Under the pieces are notes generated by a model. That model searched no databases. It worked only from the letters and a program-made list of their open reading frames with translations, and was not told the DNA's origin. The position numbers were made by a program, and so were the translations under genes. From an uncultured virus (IMG/VR IMGVR_UViG_3300025732_000034) (lineage: Duplodnaviria > Heunggongvirae > Uroviricota > Caudoviricetes): a DNA stretch of 64,000 bases. Every line of letters starts with the position of its first letter. Within the stretch, counting starts at the first letter, position 1. The stretch is taken from the IMG/VR virus record IMGVR_UViG_3300025732_000034; one strand, given 5' to 3'. This document shows, one piece after another, positions 51,760-62,326 of the stretch.

Positions 51760-51933
51760 TCACTCCGAGGCTTTTTTCTTGTCGTAGAGTGACCAAGCAA
51801 CACCAGCCAACGTAGACACTGCGCCCACCACGGCATCTAAAGTGCCGCCGGTGATGCCAAACGACATCAAGAAGCCGCCACCGACTGTCGTCAACAAGTG
51901 GCGCACGATGGCTTGAACAAGAGTTGCATTCAT
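51760..51933 (-). CDS. Putative holin
   Basis: Homologue of 14,290-14,463. Confidence 0.65.
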   Translation of the reverse strand: MNATLVQAIVRHLLTTVGGGFLMSFGITGGTLDAVVGAVSTLAGVAWSLYDKKKASE

Positions 51934-52310
51934 GGATAGTCCTTCCAGGGTAATTGAAAATGGGGGCCGTCTTTGAATGTTTTCCAGTCCCCGCCCCACT
52001 CGATAGGGATGTTGAGTTCCTGCGCTGCCGTCTTCATGGCGGCGGCGATTTTGGAATACAAGGGCCACGACCAGTCCACCTGACCATCGACCCAGGCTCC
52101 CAGGTCAACGGCATGCCCGTCAAGGTGGCGGCTGTTCATGGTCTGACTCGAGCCAGCGTCGAACATGGCCTTTTGGCGCTCGATGGTTCGCAACCCCTCG
52201 AGCACCGTGAAGTCCACGGTGCTGATCTCAATTGCGTAATTGACGACATTGACCAGATCGGGGTGGACCCCCTTGAGTCGCATGAGTGAGCGCGGGCCAA
52301 GCTGATACAT
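51930..52310 (-). CDS. M15 peptidase endolysin
   Basis: SRHL.GHAVD, WGGDW, DGPHF. Confidence 0.9.
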   Translation of the reverse strand: MYQLGPRSLMRLKGVHPDLVNVVNYAIEISTVDFTVLEGLRTIERQKAMFDAGSSQTMNSRHLDGHAVDLGAWVDGQVDWSWPLYSKIAAAMKTAAQELNIPIEWGGDWKTFKDGPHFQLPWKDYP

Positions 52311-52522
52311 CAGTGCTTGCCAAAAAAGAATCCGACGATGCCAGTCAGCGCAGACCAAAGACCGATGCCGACCCACAGAGCGCCTTTGGAGCGGCTTGCC
52401 ATGTCAATAAGCTGCTCCATCTGGCGTTCCATCTTGTCCATCTTTTTGTCCATGTCCTGAACCTTTTGCCACAGGACACCGTATTTCACGGGATCGATCT
52501 CCGCGTTTCCCTCTAAAGCCAT
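52310..52522 (-). CDS. Coiled-coil plus transmembrane protein
   Basis: Homologue of 14,840-15,052. Confidence 0.65.
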   Translation of the reverse strand: MALEGNAEIDPVKYGVLWQKVQDMDKKMDKMERQMEQLIDMASRSKGALWVGIGLWSALTGIVGFFFGKH

Positions 52523-52524
52523 GA

Positions 52525-54720
52525 TTACTCCTGAGTCTCAATAATCCGTACCGGCTGTTTTGCCATCGCGTTGCTGTTGTACCGATCAGGCGCAAGCGCG
52601 TTGACACCCGCGGCAGTTGTGCCGCGCACTACGGCTTTGGCACCCTGGCTCCATTGTGACGGATCGGAAATCAATTTCAATACGCGGTTGCGCTCCTCGG
52701 CAGGCAAGCGCTCAAGCAGATTCGCAGCACCCTCGGGTGTCTTGAGTGCGTCGGTGAGCGTTGTCATCGTTTTAGCACCGATCTTGTTTTCCAAGATGTT
52801 CAGTGCTTTGTTGGTCGTTGCGGCCACCGCGCTCAAGTACGACGGCAAGCGCAGCTTCGAGGTGTTGTCGAGCAGCAGTTGCTTCAGTGCGTCCTGGCCT
52901 GCGCTGACCTGGCCCTTGACGGACAAATCGGTCAGGCGCTTCTGGGCTTGTTCGCGCAGCACCGACAGCGCGTTTTCGCTGAGTTCGGTGGCGATGTTGT
53001 AGTTGCCGGGGCCGAGGAACTTCTCGACCACCTCGGGCGACTCGTTCTGCACCAGGCGAACAAAGGCGTCCTTGTCCGTCTTCCACAGCTTCATGGCTTC
53101 GCCGGTCAGCTTGCGCTCGGCAATCGTCTGCATACCCTTGGCGTAGTCGGTCAGGTACTGGCGGTAACCAGTGCCGCCCGCGGCCTCGATGGCATCGATT
53201 AGCGTGGGCTTGAGTTTGCCCATGACCTCGGCTGCAAGGTTGCGCTGGGTCGTGGCATCCACGCCTGGGCGCAACTGCTGGATCGCGGCGTTAATCGAGT
53301 TCTTGCGAATGGCATCAAGCGCCTTGGCATCGATGACACCACCGCTGCTGGTCCACTTGGCGATGTCGTCGGCCACGTTCTTGACCGCACCCAGCAGCAG
53401 GTCGTTACCTGCAAACTCGGGGTTGTTCGCAATCGCACGGACGCTGCCAATTACCTCGTCGCCCTTGAGCGGCTTGATGCCGACAGAGCGCAGCGCATCA
53501 GCCGCACCTTGAGCAAACCGAGCGCCTTGACCCAGATCGAGCGATGCGTTTGCTGCTTGACTGGCCCACTCGTCAGCCATGCGAGCCAGATCGCCTTTGT
53601 AGGTATATTTGGTCAAGCCGACTGGCAGGTTGCGTTTGATCAAATCAAGACGGGCAGATGCCTCGGCAATGTTGCCAGCGTTGATCAGATCACGAACCTT
53701 CTGCACCTCGGCAGCAGCCTCGGCGCTCAACTTGCCAGCCTGCGCCTCGTAGTCGGCCACCGCTTTGCCCAGATTCGCACGGCTCAAAGCAGCCTCACGC
53801 ACCGGCCCTTGGGTAGTGTTGAGCGCCTCTTTCATGGCGGTCGTTGTACCTCGGGCTTCCGCAGCCGTAGCACCACCGGCAAGTTTTGCCAGGGCGTTCA
53901 GGGACACTTCGCCCTGCGAGGCTTTGAGCGCCTCGAGGAAACGCGGATCGCGGGCTGTGGCGCGGTCGATCAGCGCCTGCCATGTCGGGCTGTTGATGTT
54001 GGCCGTAGCCTGGGCTGCACTGACGTTCTGGCCTTGCGCTGCCTTGAGTGCGTTGAGCACCTCGGGCAGATCGGGGCCAAGGGCGTTGCGGGCAATATCC
54101 GCGGCTTTGTTGGCCGGGATGTTGCGAATGTCCATCACCTTGCCAGCGACCTTGCTGATCACCGGGCCAATCACTCGACCACCTGCTTCAAAGGTTGCAC
54201 CCTCGAGCACGTTACGAGCAGGCTCAGTGACGAGCGCAGCGCCGGTTCTGGGCTGCTTCATGCCCATCGCCACGTCAGCGGCTTCCAGGGCTTCCTTGGC
54301 AATGCCATAACCCAAGCCAGCGCCAGCAACACCACCGGCAGCGGTGCCCACCGGGCCAGCACCAAACGTGCCCGCGGTGCCGCCCAGCAACCCGCCACCA
54401 ATTGCGCCAGCAGCCTCCACCAGAGGTGCGGCATAGGGGCGCACGGCTTGATAGATGCGCTGACCAGTGGTCAAGTCTTGTCGAGCGGCAGGGATCGCGT
54501 CAGGCGACACCTGGGTAGCGGATGGCTGCATCGCCTCGGGCAGCGGTGCTGCTTTGAGACTAGGCACACCGAAGCGGTCACGAATGGCTTCTTGCGTTGC
54601 CGGGTTCGCTTTGGTGAAGTTCGGGTCTTGCGCCGAGAACTTGTCAAAGATGGCCCGCTTCGTTGCCTCGTTGGCGTTGACGTAGTTGGGGTCGGTAAGG
54701 ATCGAGGCGAGGTCTGCCAT
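52525..54720 (-). CDS. Large ejection protein (gp16 position)
   Basis: Near-identical to copy 1 except for the first ~55 aa. Confidence 0.65.
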   Translation of the reverse strand: MADLASILTDPNYVNANEATKRAIFDKFSAQDPNFTKANPATQEAIRDRFGVPSLKAAPLPEAMQPSATQVSPDAIPAARQDLTTGQRIYQAVRPYAAPLVEAAGAIGGGLLGGTAGTFGAGPVGTAAGGVAGAGLGYGIAKEALEAADVAMGMKQPRTGAALVTEPARNVLEGATFEAGGRVIGPVISKVAGKVMDIRNIPANKAADIARNALGPDLPEVLNALKAAQGQNVSAAQATANINSPTWQALIDRATARDPRFLEALKASQGEVSLNALAKLAGGATAAEARGTTTAMKEALNTTQGPVREAALSRANLGKAVADYEAQAGKLSAEAAAEVQKVRDLINAGNIAEASARLDLIKRNLPVGLTKYTYKGDLARMADEWASQAANASLDLGQGARFAQGAADALRSVGIKPLKGDEVIGSVRAIANNPEFAGNDLLLGAVKNVADDIAKWTSSGGVIDAKALDAIRKNSINAAIQQLRPGVDATTQRNLAAEVMGKLKPTLIDAIEAAGGTGYRQYLTDYAKGMQTIAERKLTGEAMKLWKTDKDAFVRLVQNESPEVVEKFLGPGNYNIATELSENALSVLREQAQKRLTDLSVKGQVSAGQDALKQLLLDNTSKLRLPSYLSAVAATTNKALNILENKIGAKTMTTLTDALKTPEGAANLLERLPAEERNRVLKLISDPSQWSQGAKAVVRGTTAAGVNALAPDRYNSNAMAKQPVRIIETQE

Positions 54721-54729
54721 GTCGGCTCC

Positions 54730-56082
54730 TTACTTCAGCAACGGATTGTTTGTGTCTACTGCGCCACCAGCGGCAGGGGCAGCGCCACCTGGACGGGAAG
54801 CGCGAGATTGTGCTCTTGACACACCTGTGCGAATAACTTCTTGCAGGTCACGAGCAGCAGCCATGAACTCTTTCTCGCTTTGAGCCAGAGACATTCGGTT
54901 GATTGCGTCAGTACCCTTCGAGCCTTCTTTTTCCGTGATCGCACCGCCGCCTTTAAGCGCTTCAAACGCCTCAAGGAACGATGCGCCTTTGATCTGGTCA
55001 AAGCGCGAATTGAAGTCGGCAGCATCTGTGCCAGGAACAAACCGAGAGCCGGGTAGCCAAGTGGTGCCCACTGCGTTCTCGAAGCCGGGGTGCGGTTTTG
55101 TCGCGGCTTGAATGACCTTGCCATTCTTGTCGCGCACTTCTTGTTTGCCAACCAGTTCGTCGATCAAACGCAAACCGTCTTCGGCACGAGAAATGATCTT
55201 CGGCAGCGCCTGCTGTGCGGCCACATCGCCCTTGGCAATTGCCTCGCCGGTGGCCTTTGCACCAGCCATGCGCTGTTGGAACACGGGGTCGGCATCGCGG
55301 CGTTGGTTCTCCTCGAGCACGGCCACACGACGGCCTTCAAGACCGAGGCGTTGACCTTCTTGCTTAATACGCTCACGATCACGCTGGTCTTGCAGTTTCT
55401 GCGCTTCGGTGAGCGTAACGGTTCCCGAACTGCCAGGTACGACAGCAGCAGTGCCGCCCATTCCAGGCACTGATGTAATTTGCTTTGTGCCACCGAAATC
55501 TTGCTGGAAATACTGGGGTTTATTCAACTCCATGTACTTGCTCAAACCCAGCGCAGCCTGTTGTTTCCACTGAGCAAACCCAGCGGGGTCAGCGGGAATC
55601 GAACGAGCGGCGTCCATGATGGACACGCTGGCAATTGGAGAACCAACCATGTCAGGGTCTCTTTGTTGCGCTTGCAGCCACTGCAACGCAGATCGCTGAT
55701 CGGTCACGCCAACAAGAGCATCACGGTACAGCGCGGCCTTGTCGATGTGCAACTTTGCACGACGAGCCGCTTCTTCCGTCATCGCCTTCTCAGTCTCGGT
55801 CAGTTTGCCACCAACCGTTTGACCATACTTACCGTAACCCGTGAGCAACGACGCACGGTTCTCCGGCTTGAGCAATTCAGGATTTTTAGCGATGTCGGCA
55901 GCAAGACGGTTCTGTCCTTCAACCTCGCGCTGGTACTCGGCCAGCTTGGCCTCGTTGAGCACGTTTTCCTGCTGCATACCTTTCAGTTTCATCACACCAG
56001 CCAACTGATTGACCGGCGACAAAGCCTGGTAGTCGATTTGTATCGGCTGAACGCCAAGGGAAATGCGGGGATCAATTGGCAT
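54730..56082 (-). CDS. Ejection protein (gp20 position)
   Basis: C-terminal half near-identical to copy 1, N-terminal half diverged. Confidence 0.65.
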   Translation of the reverse strand: MPIDPRISLGVQPIQIDYQALSPVNQLAGVMKLKGMQQENVLNEAKLAEYQREVEGQNRLAADIAKNPELLKPENRASLLTGYGKYGQTVGGKLTETEKAMTEEAARRAKLHIDKAALYRDALVGVTDQRSALQWLQAQQRDPDMVGSPIASVSIMDAARSIPADPAGFAQWKQQAALGLSKYMELNKPQYFQQDFGGTKQITSVPGMGGTAAVVPGSSGTVTLTEAQKLQDQRDRERIKQEGQRLGLEGRRVAVLEENQRRDADPVFQQRMAGAKATGEAIAKGDVAAQQALPKIISRAEDGLRLIDELVGKQEVRDKNGKVIQAATKPHPGFENAVGTTWLPGSRFVPGTDAADFNSRFDQIKGASFLEAFEALKGGGAITEKEGSKGTDAINRMSLAQSEKEFMAAARDLQEVIRTGVSRAQSRASRPGGAAPAAGGAVDTNNPLLK

Positions 56083-56091
56083 GATTATTCC

Positions 56092-56922
56092 TTAACCCAT
56101 AACTGAACTTGCGTCAACGCCAGGGTATCTGATTGTCGGTACTTGCGGGAACATGCGGTTGTACAACTGGTTCTGGTTATACATGCCGTACAAATTGATG
56201 CCTTGACCCAAGGCTTGACTGATGGCGTTTGCACCACCCACGTAACCCGAGGCGCGGGCTGCTGCTCCGCTGGTCAACGCTTCTCCGATATTGCTTGCCG
56301 ATTGGCTTGCAATGTTGCCAGAAGCCGTCGCATAGTTTTGACCAGCGGTTCCAATTTGCTGTGCCGTCGTTTGACCCACGCCAGCAAGAGATGCCAGTCG
56401 GTTGTAGTTGAGGGCGTCTTGTTGAACGTCAGCCTCATACTTTTGAACGTCTGCACCGTACTTCTGGAATGCTCGGTTGTAGGCGTTTTGGTATTCTTGC
56501 GAACCCATTTCTTGACCATATCGAGTCAGTGCTTTACCGGCAGCACCCGACAGCAAGCCACCGCGGGCAGCAGCCGAACGCTCCAGTGCTTTCTGTCCCT
56601 CAGACAATCGGAACGCATACCCGGGGTCTTGCGTTACATCAACTTTGCCCGTAAACGTGGGAAAAAGAAACTTGGTTTCAGGAATGCCTTGCAGCTTCGT
56701 CAGCGCAGTCTTGCCAGCCTCATACCAAGGCTGTTGACGGGCAATGCCTTCTTCGTAAATGCGTTTCTGAAGCGCGAGTTGTTCTTGTGCGGTTTCTCGC
56801 TGAAGTTGTGCCGCGGCATCAGTTGAAGCGGCTTGTGTTTCAGCGGCTTGACTTGCTGCACTAGACCCACGATTTGCGGAATAAACGGTTGCCGCCGCAA
56901 CGGCAGTAAATCCCCATGTCAT
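56092..56922 (-). CDS. gp7-like DNA transfer protein
   Basis: DPGYAFRLSEGQKALERSAAARGGLLSG core shared with copy 1. Confidence 0.75.
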   Translation of the reverse strand: MTWGFTAVAAATVYSANRGSSAASQAAETQAASTDAAAQLQRETAQEQLALQKRIYEEGIARQQPWYEAGKTALTKLQGIPETKFLFPTFTGKVDVTQDPGYAFRLSEGQKALERSAAARGGLLSGAAGKALTRYGQEMGSQEYQNAYNRAFQKYGADVQKYEADVQQDALNYNRLASLAGVGQTTAQQIGTAGQNYATASGNIASQSASNIGEALTSGAAARASGYVGGANAISQALGQGINLYGMYNQNQLYNRMFPQVPTIRYPGVDASSVMG

Positions 56923-57437
56923 AGCGTTTCTCCTTTTGCAGCAATCTGCGCCAGTTTCTCAGTTGAATCAATCAGCCCCATTTCGTCATACGATGGGGAA
57001 ATAACTTCTTGCTCGATTTTATCGAGTTCGGCCTCACTCTCAAACTCTGTCAAGTGAACCGTGGTCCAAAGCGTGTCTTCTTCGGCATAAACCGCACGTT
57101 TCAGGCCAACCTCGGACACAAAAGTGCAAGGGGCTTCAAGGTATTTTGTGCCGAACTCGGTGACAACCTTTACGCGACCCTTACTGATAAAGTTCAAGTG
57201 CTGATGCCGGTGAATCTTGCCAATGATTAAGGTGCCCTTGGGGATAAACATCTCGCGAGCGTAGGTGCAGCAGCCATACTTTTCGTCTTTGGGCGTGAAG
57301 TAATGGGTCAGGGTGCAGTCTTCCAGCGTGGACTCGACCGCGCCCTCGGCAATCATTTGCTGAAGGCCGTCTTGCACCGTCAGGATGTCCTGACGAAATT
57401 GCACTTTGCTCGGAGTGTTTTGGGCTACCAGGTCCAT
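56919..57437 (-). CDS. Cupin-fold protein (different subfamily from copy 1)
   Basis: YAREMFIPKG..IIGKIHRHQH, G.KRAVYA.ED. Confidence 0.65.
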   Translation of the reverse strand: MDLVAQNTPSKVQFRQDILTVQDGLQQMIAEGAVESTLEDCTLTHYFTPKDEKYGCCTYAREMFIPKGTLIIGKIHRHQHLNFISKGRVKVVTEFGTKYLEAPCTFVSEVGLKRAVYAEEDTLWTTVHLTEFESEAELDKIEQEVISPSYDEMGLIDSTEKLAQIAAKGETL

Positions 57438-57772
57438 CAGGTCACCTCGCGTCCGCTGACTCGCATGTTGATGGACGATGCGGTGCCAGCAATCGTGGAA
57501 ATGAAGTCGCCAGGGTTAAGCACCTGGCCCACCAACTCAGGGAATGTGTAGACCTCGGCAGGCTGGAGCGTTTTGGTCTTGGTGATCAAGTTGGCATTGC
57601 CAGCCGATCCGGCGACCGTGACGAGGTTGACGCTGATTGTGGCAGCGGCGGTGTTGTAGTTCGTCGCGGTGAACTTGTCGATGATCGTGGTCACACCAGT
57701 CGCAGTGTACTGGGTGGTTTGGGTGTTCTCGACCGTTTTGGCCGGAACAATGTTTTTGACGGTCACTGTCAT
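57437..57772 (-). CDS. Small beta-rich virion protein
   Basis: Near-identical to 19,776-20,111. Confidence 0.7.
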   Translation of the reverse strand: MTVTVKNIVPAKTVENTQTTQYTATGVTTIIDKFTATNYNTAAATISVNLVTVAGSAGNANLITKTKTLQPAEVYTFPELVGQVLNPGDFISTIAGTASSINMRVSGREVT

Positions 57773-57776
57773 GGCG

Positions 57777-59537
57777 TTACTCCAAAAGTAGGGCGTTGTT
57801 CGGGATGTATTGCGTCATTATCCAGTTTGTTCCGTCAGAAACCAAGGTGCATTGATCTCCGGCACTTGCCAACAGAATAGAAGTGCTCGCGGCACCTCCA
57901 GCCACGGGCACAACATTACTGGACGCTGACACCAATGTTTGCGCCTGATAGTTTTGAAAGCGCAAAACTCTGCCGGAATAGCTGGACGCCGTGGGTAGCG
58001 TGGCTGTACAGGACGATCCCGACTTGTTGTTGATAATCCAAACATCCGTGGTAGCCACGGAAAAGTTGGCTGTATAGGTGACCGGCGCAGCCGTAGGCTG
58101 GTACGGCAGCGTCGGAATATCGGCAGCAACCAAGGCACGAAAGGTCGGTGCGGCAGCGCTTCCCGTAGTGGGTCCGGCAAAAACATAATTTGCCGTGGCC
58201 GTAGCCACACCCGTACCGCCCCGACTGACGGCAAGCTGACCCGTCCAACCCAGTGTCAAAGATGTAGCAGCCAGCAACGATGTGGTCGGTGTGCCACCAA
58301 GCGTCAATGTGACATTGGTGTCGTCGGTCTTGGTCAAGGCAGCGCCACTGACCCACTCGGGAGCCGTAGCACCCGCGTTGACCTTGAGCACTTGCAACGC
58401 GGTGCCAATCGGCAGAAACGTCGTGATGCTGGGAGCGGACTGATACGGTACTGACCCAGCAGCGCCTCCGGCTATGTTGGTGGCCGTGCCAATGACTATC
58501 GACGACGGCGCGACGTTTTTCCAATACTGAAGCGTGCTGTCGTATTGAATCAGGTCGCTATTGGCCAGCGTGCCAAACTGCACGTTGCTGTCCGTGCCGC
58601 CCAGCACAGAGCCTGGCACGATGCGGATGTGCATGGAACCGGAGCCAGCCGAGGCGGCGTTGATGACCTCGCCGATGTACGATTTGATGCTGGGCGCAGT
58701 CGGCTTGACCTTAGTCATCGACCCAACAAAATTTGGGTTGTAGTACAACGGGTCACCGTCAGCCCATGTCTCACCGACGCTGCTGCCTGTTGTGTTGAAG
58801 CCACGCAAGTCGCCGCTGATCTGAATCAGGCCAAACCCGTTGAGCGCAATGGTCTCAGCGGCCACGCCAACAATTTGGTTAGGGTCGGTCAGCCCCAGCG
58901 GTGTAGGCGCGGCAGTAATAACGCCCGAAGCACCCACAGCACCCGTGTGATAGCAAAGCTGGCCTTTGGTGATGGCCGACGAGGCTTTAACGTAGACGTA
59001 CTCAGACTCACCGACTTTGATGAGCACGTTTGCGGTGGCTTGAATGCCCAGCGTAGAGCCGCCGTCCCAGTACATGCTGCCCACAGCCGTAGGCACGGGT
59101 GATGGCGCGGTGTTGAACGTCAGCCAAGGCACGTTGTCTTGCTGAAGCGGGGCCATGCTGCCCAACTCAGGCTGGCGCTGGGTCTGGACATCTTGGCGCA
59201 ACACATCGAGTTGCTGGCGCAATTCATCAACGGCTGCTGACGGTAATGTTTGCAACTCTTGTCGCACAACGTCAAGGGTTGCCTGTAACTCAGATGTGCC
59301 GGATGCGGGTTGAGTTTGCAGCCCCACAATGTCGATGATGATGTCTGTTAGGTCTTCTTGTTGAGCCGTGGGAGGACCAAGTTGCAAATCTGTCAGCGAC
59401 GTGGTGTTTTGACCACCGCCAACCAATTGAAACAGATTCAAGAAAAATCGATACCACTCACGCGAGATCAATCCGGTTCGCTGATCAATGATCGGAACCC
59501 TGGGGGGTGTGATGTTGGTTAAATCGACGGTTGCCAT
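57777..59537 (-). CDS. Tail fibre/needle-like protein, longer variant
   Basis: Homologue of 20,116-21,420 with two insertions. Confidence 0.65.
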   Translation of the reverse strand: MATVDLTNITPPRVPIIDQRTGLISREWYRFFLNLFQLVGGGQNTTSLTDLQLGPPTAQQEDLTDIIIDIVGLQTQPASGTSELQATLDVVRQELQTLPSAAVDELRQQLDVLRQDVQTQRQPELGSMAPLQQDNVPWLTFNTAPSPVPTAVGSMYWDGGSTLGIQATANVLIKVGESEYVYVKASSAITKGQLCYHTGAVGASGVITAAPTPLGLTDPNQIVGVAAETIALNGFGLIQISGDLRGFNTTGSSVGETWADGDPLYYNPNFVGSMTKVKPTAPSIKSYIGEVINAASAGSGSMHIRIVPGSVLGGTDSNVQFGTLANSDLIQYDSTLQYWKNVAPSSIVIGTATNIAGGAAGSVPYQSAPSITTFLPIGTALQVLKVNAGATAPEWVSGAALTKTDDTNVTLTLGGTPTTSLLAATSLTLGWTGQLAVSRGGTGVATATANYVFAGPTTGSAAAPTFRALVAADIPTLPYQPTAAPVTYTANFSVATTDVWIINNKSGSSCTATLPTASSYSGRVLRFQNYQAQTLVSASSNVVPVAGGAASTSILLASAGDQCTLVSDGTNWIMTQYIPNNALLLE

Positions 59538-59539
59538 CG

Positions 59540-60979
59540 TCAAGCCGTAGTCGGGCTAAGAATCAGTTCAGCGCCCATGATTGCGGTCTTTACCGGGTCA
59601 GTCATCGACAACTCATACACCCGGTCGCGCAGCTTCATGGTCATGCCAAGACGACGGAAGAACACCCGGCGGTAGTATTGACCAATCTTGCCAATTGACG
59701 CTGTGTGTTCGTTGGACCACGTATGACCACCATCATCTGACCAGCGCAGCATGACCTCGGGGTCGCTGCCTTGCCCAATGTTAAGGCCAACACCTGACTC
59801 CAGGTCGATCTGAAGACTGTGGTGCGCCGTGCGCTTAAGATCGTTTTGACCTGTCGGGAGCGCCCGCCATGTCCGCAGCCACTTTTGAATCTGACCATTG
59901 TCAGCGTAGGTGTCGAGGTCAAAGGCGTAGATGTTGCCGTCCTCGTAGTCGCCCACAATGATCTTGTTGTTGAACGCCATCTGGCAGTTGCTGCGGTGGC
60001 GCGTGAATGAGCCATTGTTCCAGCCAGCCCGCTCATGCCATGCGCCGGTGGCAACGTCGTACACCCATGTCGTGTTGGCACTGGGGAAAATGAGCACGTA
60101 GAAGCTGTGGCCGTCTTGCTGGTAGGTGTAAGCCAGCGAATCGGTCAAATTGCCATACTGCTGGATGTGCCACTCGACGGCATGGGTGCTGATGCGCTGA
60201 CCCGTGTAGCCGTTGGCCCGGTAGACAATACCCTGGCCTCGGGCGTCAGCGCCCAGCCAGAAGATGCCGTTGTCCATCTTGGCAATCGTGTAGGCCGAGA
60301 TGCAGCCGATCTCGTTAAACGCACCCTGAATGCGCTGGAGCGGAAAGTCCTGAGTGCCCGCGTCATACCAAACCTCGACGCTGTTTGTGCCGTAGACCCA
60401 GACCTCGCGGTGGTCGATGATGATGCCAACCACGCCGTCAGGAGAACCCTCGGCGCTGGCAAAGTCGAGGGGGTCGACCGACAATCCGTCAAGCAGGCTC
60501 GTGATCCAGATTTTCTGACTGTTTGGCTCGTTGAACACAAAGTAGCCGTCCAGATAACCAACGGTCACTGCGCCAGGGAAGTCTGGATCGGTGATCTGTG
60601 CAAACACGTTGGTCGTGTTGTTGTAGATGTAACTGGGGCCGTTGGCAGCGATGAACAATTGAGTGCCGTTGTCGGCCATGCTCACCGGCCCGGTGCCCGT
60701 AATCGTGCCCAGCAGCGTGGGGGTGTAACTGGTGTTGATCTTGTACAGGCTGTTGCCCGAGACAACAAAGGCGACAGAGTTGTCGGACGAGAAGGACCAC
60801 AGCCCGCGGATCGGCCCGTCACCAATGGTTGCAAGGTTCAGCAGCCCTGGGCAGCGTTGCAGGTACGCTGGTTCTTTACCCGCTTCGGGGACAACCTCGG
60901 GAAAAAGATTGATCATGCGAGCGTCCGCAGCATTGACGCTGCGGGCCACATACGTCGAGCCAAGGATCGGGGTCTTCAT
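59540..60979 (-). CDS. gp10-like tail hub
   Basis: Near-identical to copy 1. Confidence 0.85.
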   Translation of the reverse strand: MKTPILGSTYVARSVNAADARMINLFPEVVPEAGKEPAYLQRCPGLLNLATIGDGPIRGLWSFSSDNSVAFVVSGNSLYKINTSYTPTLLGTITGTGPVSMADNGTQLFIAANGPSYIYNNTTNVFAQITDPDFPGAVTVGYLDGYFVFNEPNSQKIWITSLLDGLSVDPLDFASAEGSPDGVVGIIIDHREVWVYGTNSVEVWYDAGTQDFPLQRIQGAFNEIGCISAYTIAKMDNGIFWLGADARGQGIVYRANGYTGQRISTHAVEWHIQQYGNLTDSLAYTYQQDGHSFYVLIFPSANTTWVYDVATGAWHERAGWNNGSFTRHRSNCQMAFNNKIIVGDYEDGNIYAFDLDTYADNGQIQKWLRTWRALPTGQNDLKRTAHHSLQIDLESGVGLNIGQGSDPEVMLRWSDDGGHTWSNEHTASIGKIGQYYRRVFFRRLGMTMKLRDRVYELSMTDPVKTAIMGAELILSPTTA

Positions 60980-61710
60980 TAGTAGTTACCCGCATAGACG
61001 TTGAATCGCTGGCGCGTTGCGATCAGCGAATACGGCATAGACATCACATCATCCGGGTTGTTGATGCGCTTCAGATCGCGCTTGCTGGTCATGGCAATAC
61101 GCATGACCTGGGGCGATGGCTCCACGCCAAATTCGGGTGCGATTTCGCATGCGAGGTTGTAGGCAAAGGCCCGCAGGTAACCCGGAGGGAACAGAATCTG
61201 CGTGGACAGGTTTGCAGGCTGATCCAGCGGCTGCACACTGATGAAATGAAACTCCAACAGTCGCGTGGGCCGCGGGTAGATGAAGATGTCAATGTTCGGA
61301 TAGGTCATGTTGACGAACATGACCTGGGGATACGTGGATGTCACGGTTTTGACCGCGATGCCGTCGTACTGCTGCTGATTGATCAGCTTGATGCCGTAGG
61401 ACACATTGGTCTGCGGATCACGGAAATAGGTGGCGTCATCAACCAGGATGGGGCGCTCGGCAGTGCCGTTCAAACGCACCAGCGATCCGGTGGGGCCAAG
61501 GGTTGCGTTGATCTGATCGACCGGCCAGTTGCAGATTTGGTCGATGGTTGAGAAGACGGACAGGCGCTCGGTGTTCCATGACTCAATCATTTGATTGAGC
61601 GCCATCAAGCAGTCCTGAGACACGGCTGCGGAAGGCGTTTCACCTTCGGCCAGCACACCTAGCAGCCGCAACGCCCGATTGATCTGTTCGCCTGCGGTGT
61701 AGGTAGCCAT
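60979..61710 (-). CDS. gp4-like head-tail adaptor
   Basis: Near-identical to copy 1. Confidence 0.8.
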   Translation of the reverse strand: MATYTAGEQINRALRLLGVLAEGETPSAAVSQDCLMALNQMIESWNTERLSVFSTIDQICNWPVDQINATLGPTGSLVRLNGTAERPILVDDATYFRDPQTNVSYGIKLINQQQYDGIAVKTVTSTYPQVMFVNMTYPNIDIFIYPRPTRLLEFHFISVQPLDQPANLSTQILFPPGYLRAFAYNLACEIAPEFGVEPSPQVMRIAMTSKRDLKRINNPDDVMSMPYSLIATRQRFNVYAGNY

Positions 61711-61711
61711 G

Positions 61712-61960
61712 TCACTCTCCTTCGTCTGACTGCGGTGCCAAAAAATCCGGCATTGGGGTTTCTACCGATTCCTCGGTTTTCTTGCGGCGACCGCGCCGCG
61801 CAATCGGAGCCACATCAGCTTCCGAGGCCACTTCTTCGACAGTCGAAGGCGTGTCAGGATTGTAGCGCGTCCAGCCGTTTTGTTCATCAAAATCGGCCTC
61901 CATGTCCATTGTGGCAATTTTGTTGCCGTGAACCGGGTGCTGGAGATAAATTGAAGGCAT
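61712..61960 (-). CDS. Hypothetical late protein
   Basis: Homologue of 23,595-23,843. Confidence 0.7.
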   Translation of the reverse strand: MPSIYLQHPVHGNKIATMDMEADFDEQNGWTRYNPDTPSTVEEVASEADVAPIARRGRRKKTEESVETPMPDFLAPQSDEGE

Positions 61961-61991
61961 TGTTTAAGAACGGGGCCGAAGCCCCGTTTGT

Positions 61992-62288
61992 TTAGGCAAC
62001 GACAGGATACTGCCACTTGGTGCCGTCCGAAATGAACAGCTTGCCAAGGCCAGTGGCGTTGGTGGTGGTCGCCAACGAACCAACCGGAGCGGAGGTCGTG
62101 GTCGAGTTTGCCGTGATGGCAGAGGTCAGAAAATACAGACCTGCTGTCAAGTTGGCGGCGGCTACGTTGCCGGTAGTGGCGATGGTGTTTGCAATCAGAC
62201 CGCCGTTGACGACAGCAGCACCGCTAACGGTGACGCTCTCGAACTCGGGGTCAGAATATGCAACACCTACTGCTTTGGTATTGGGCAT
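61992..62288 (-). CDS. Small decoration-like protein
   Basis: Homologue of 23,874-24,176. Confidence 0.65.
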   Translation of the reverse strand: MPNTKAVGVAYSDPEFESVTVSGAAVVNGGLIANTIATTGNVAAANLTAGLYFLTSAITANSTTTSAPVGSLATTTNATGLGKLFISDGTKWQYPVVA

Positions 62289-62326
62289 GATGATTCCTTA
62301 AGAACGGGGGCCGAAGCCCCCATTGT

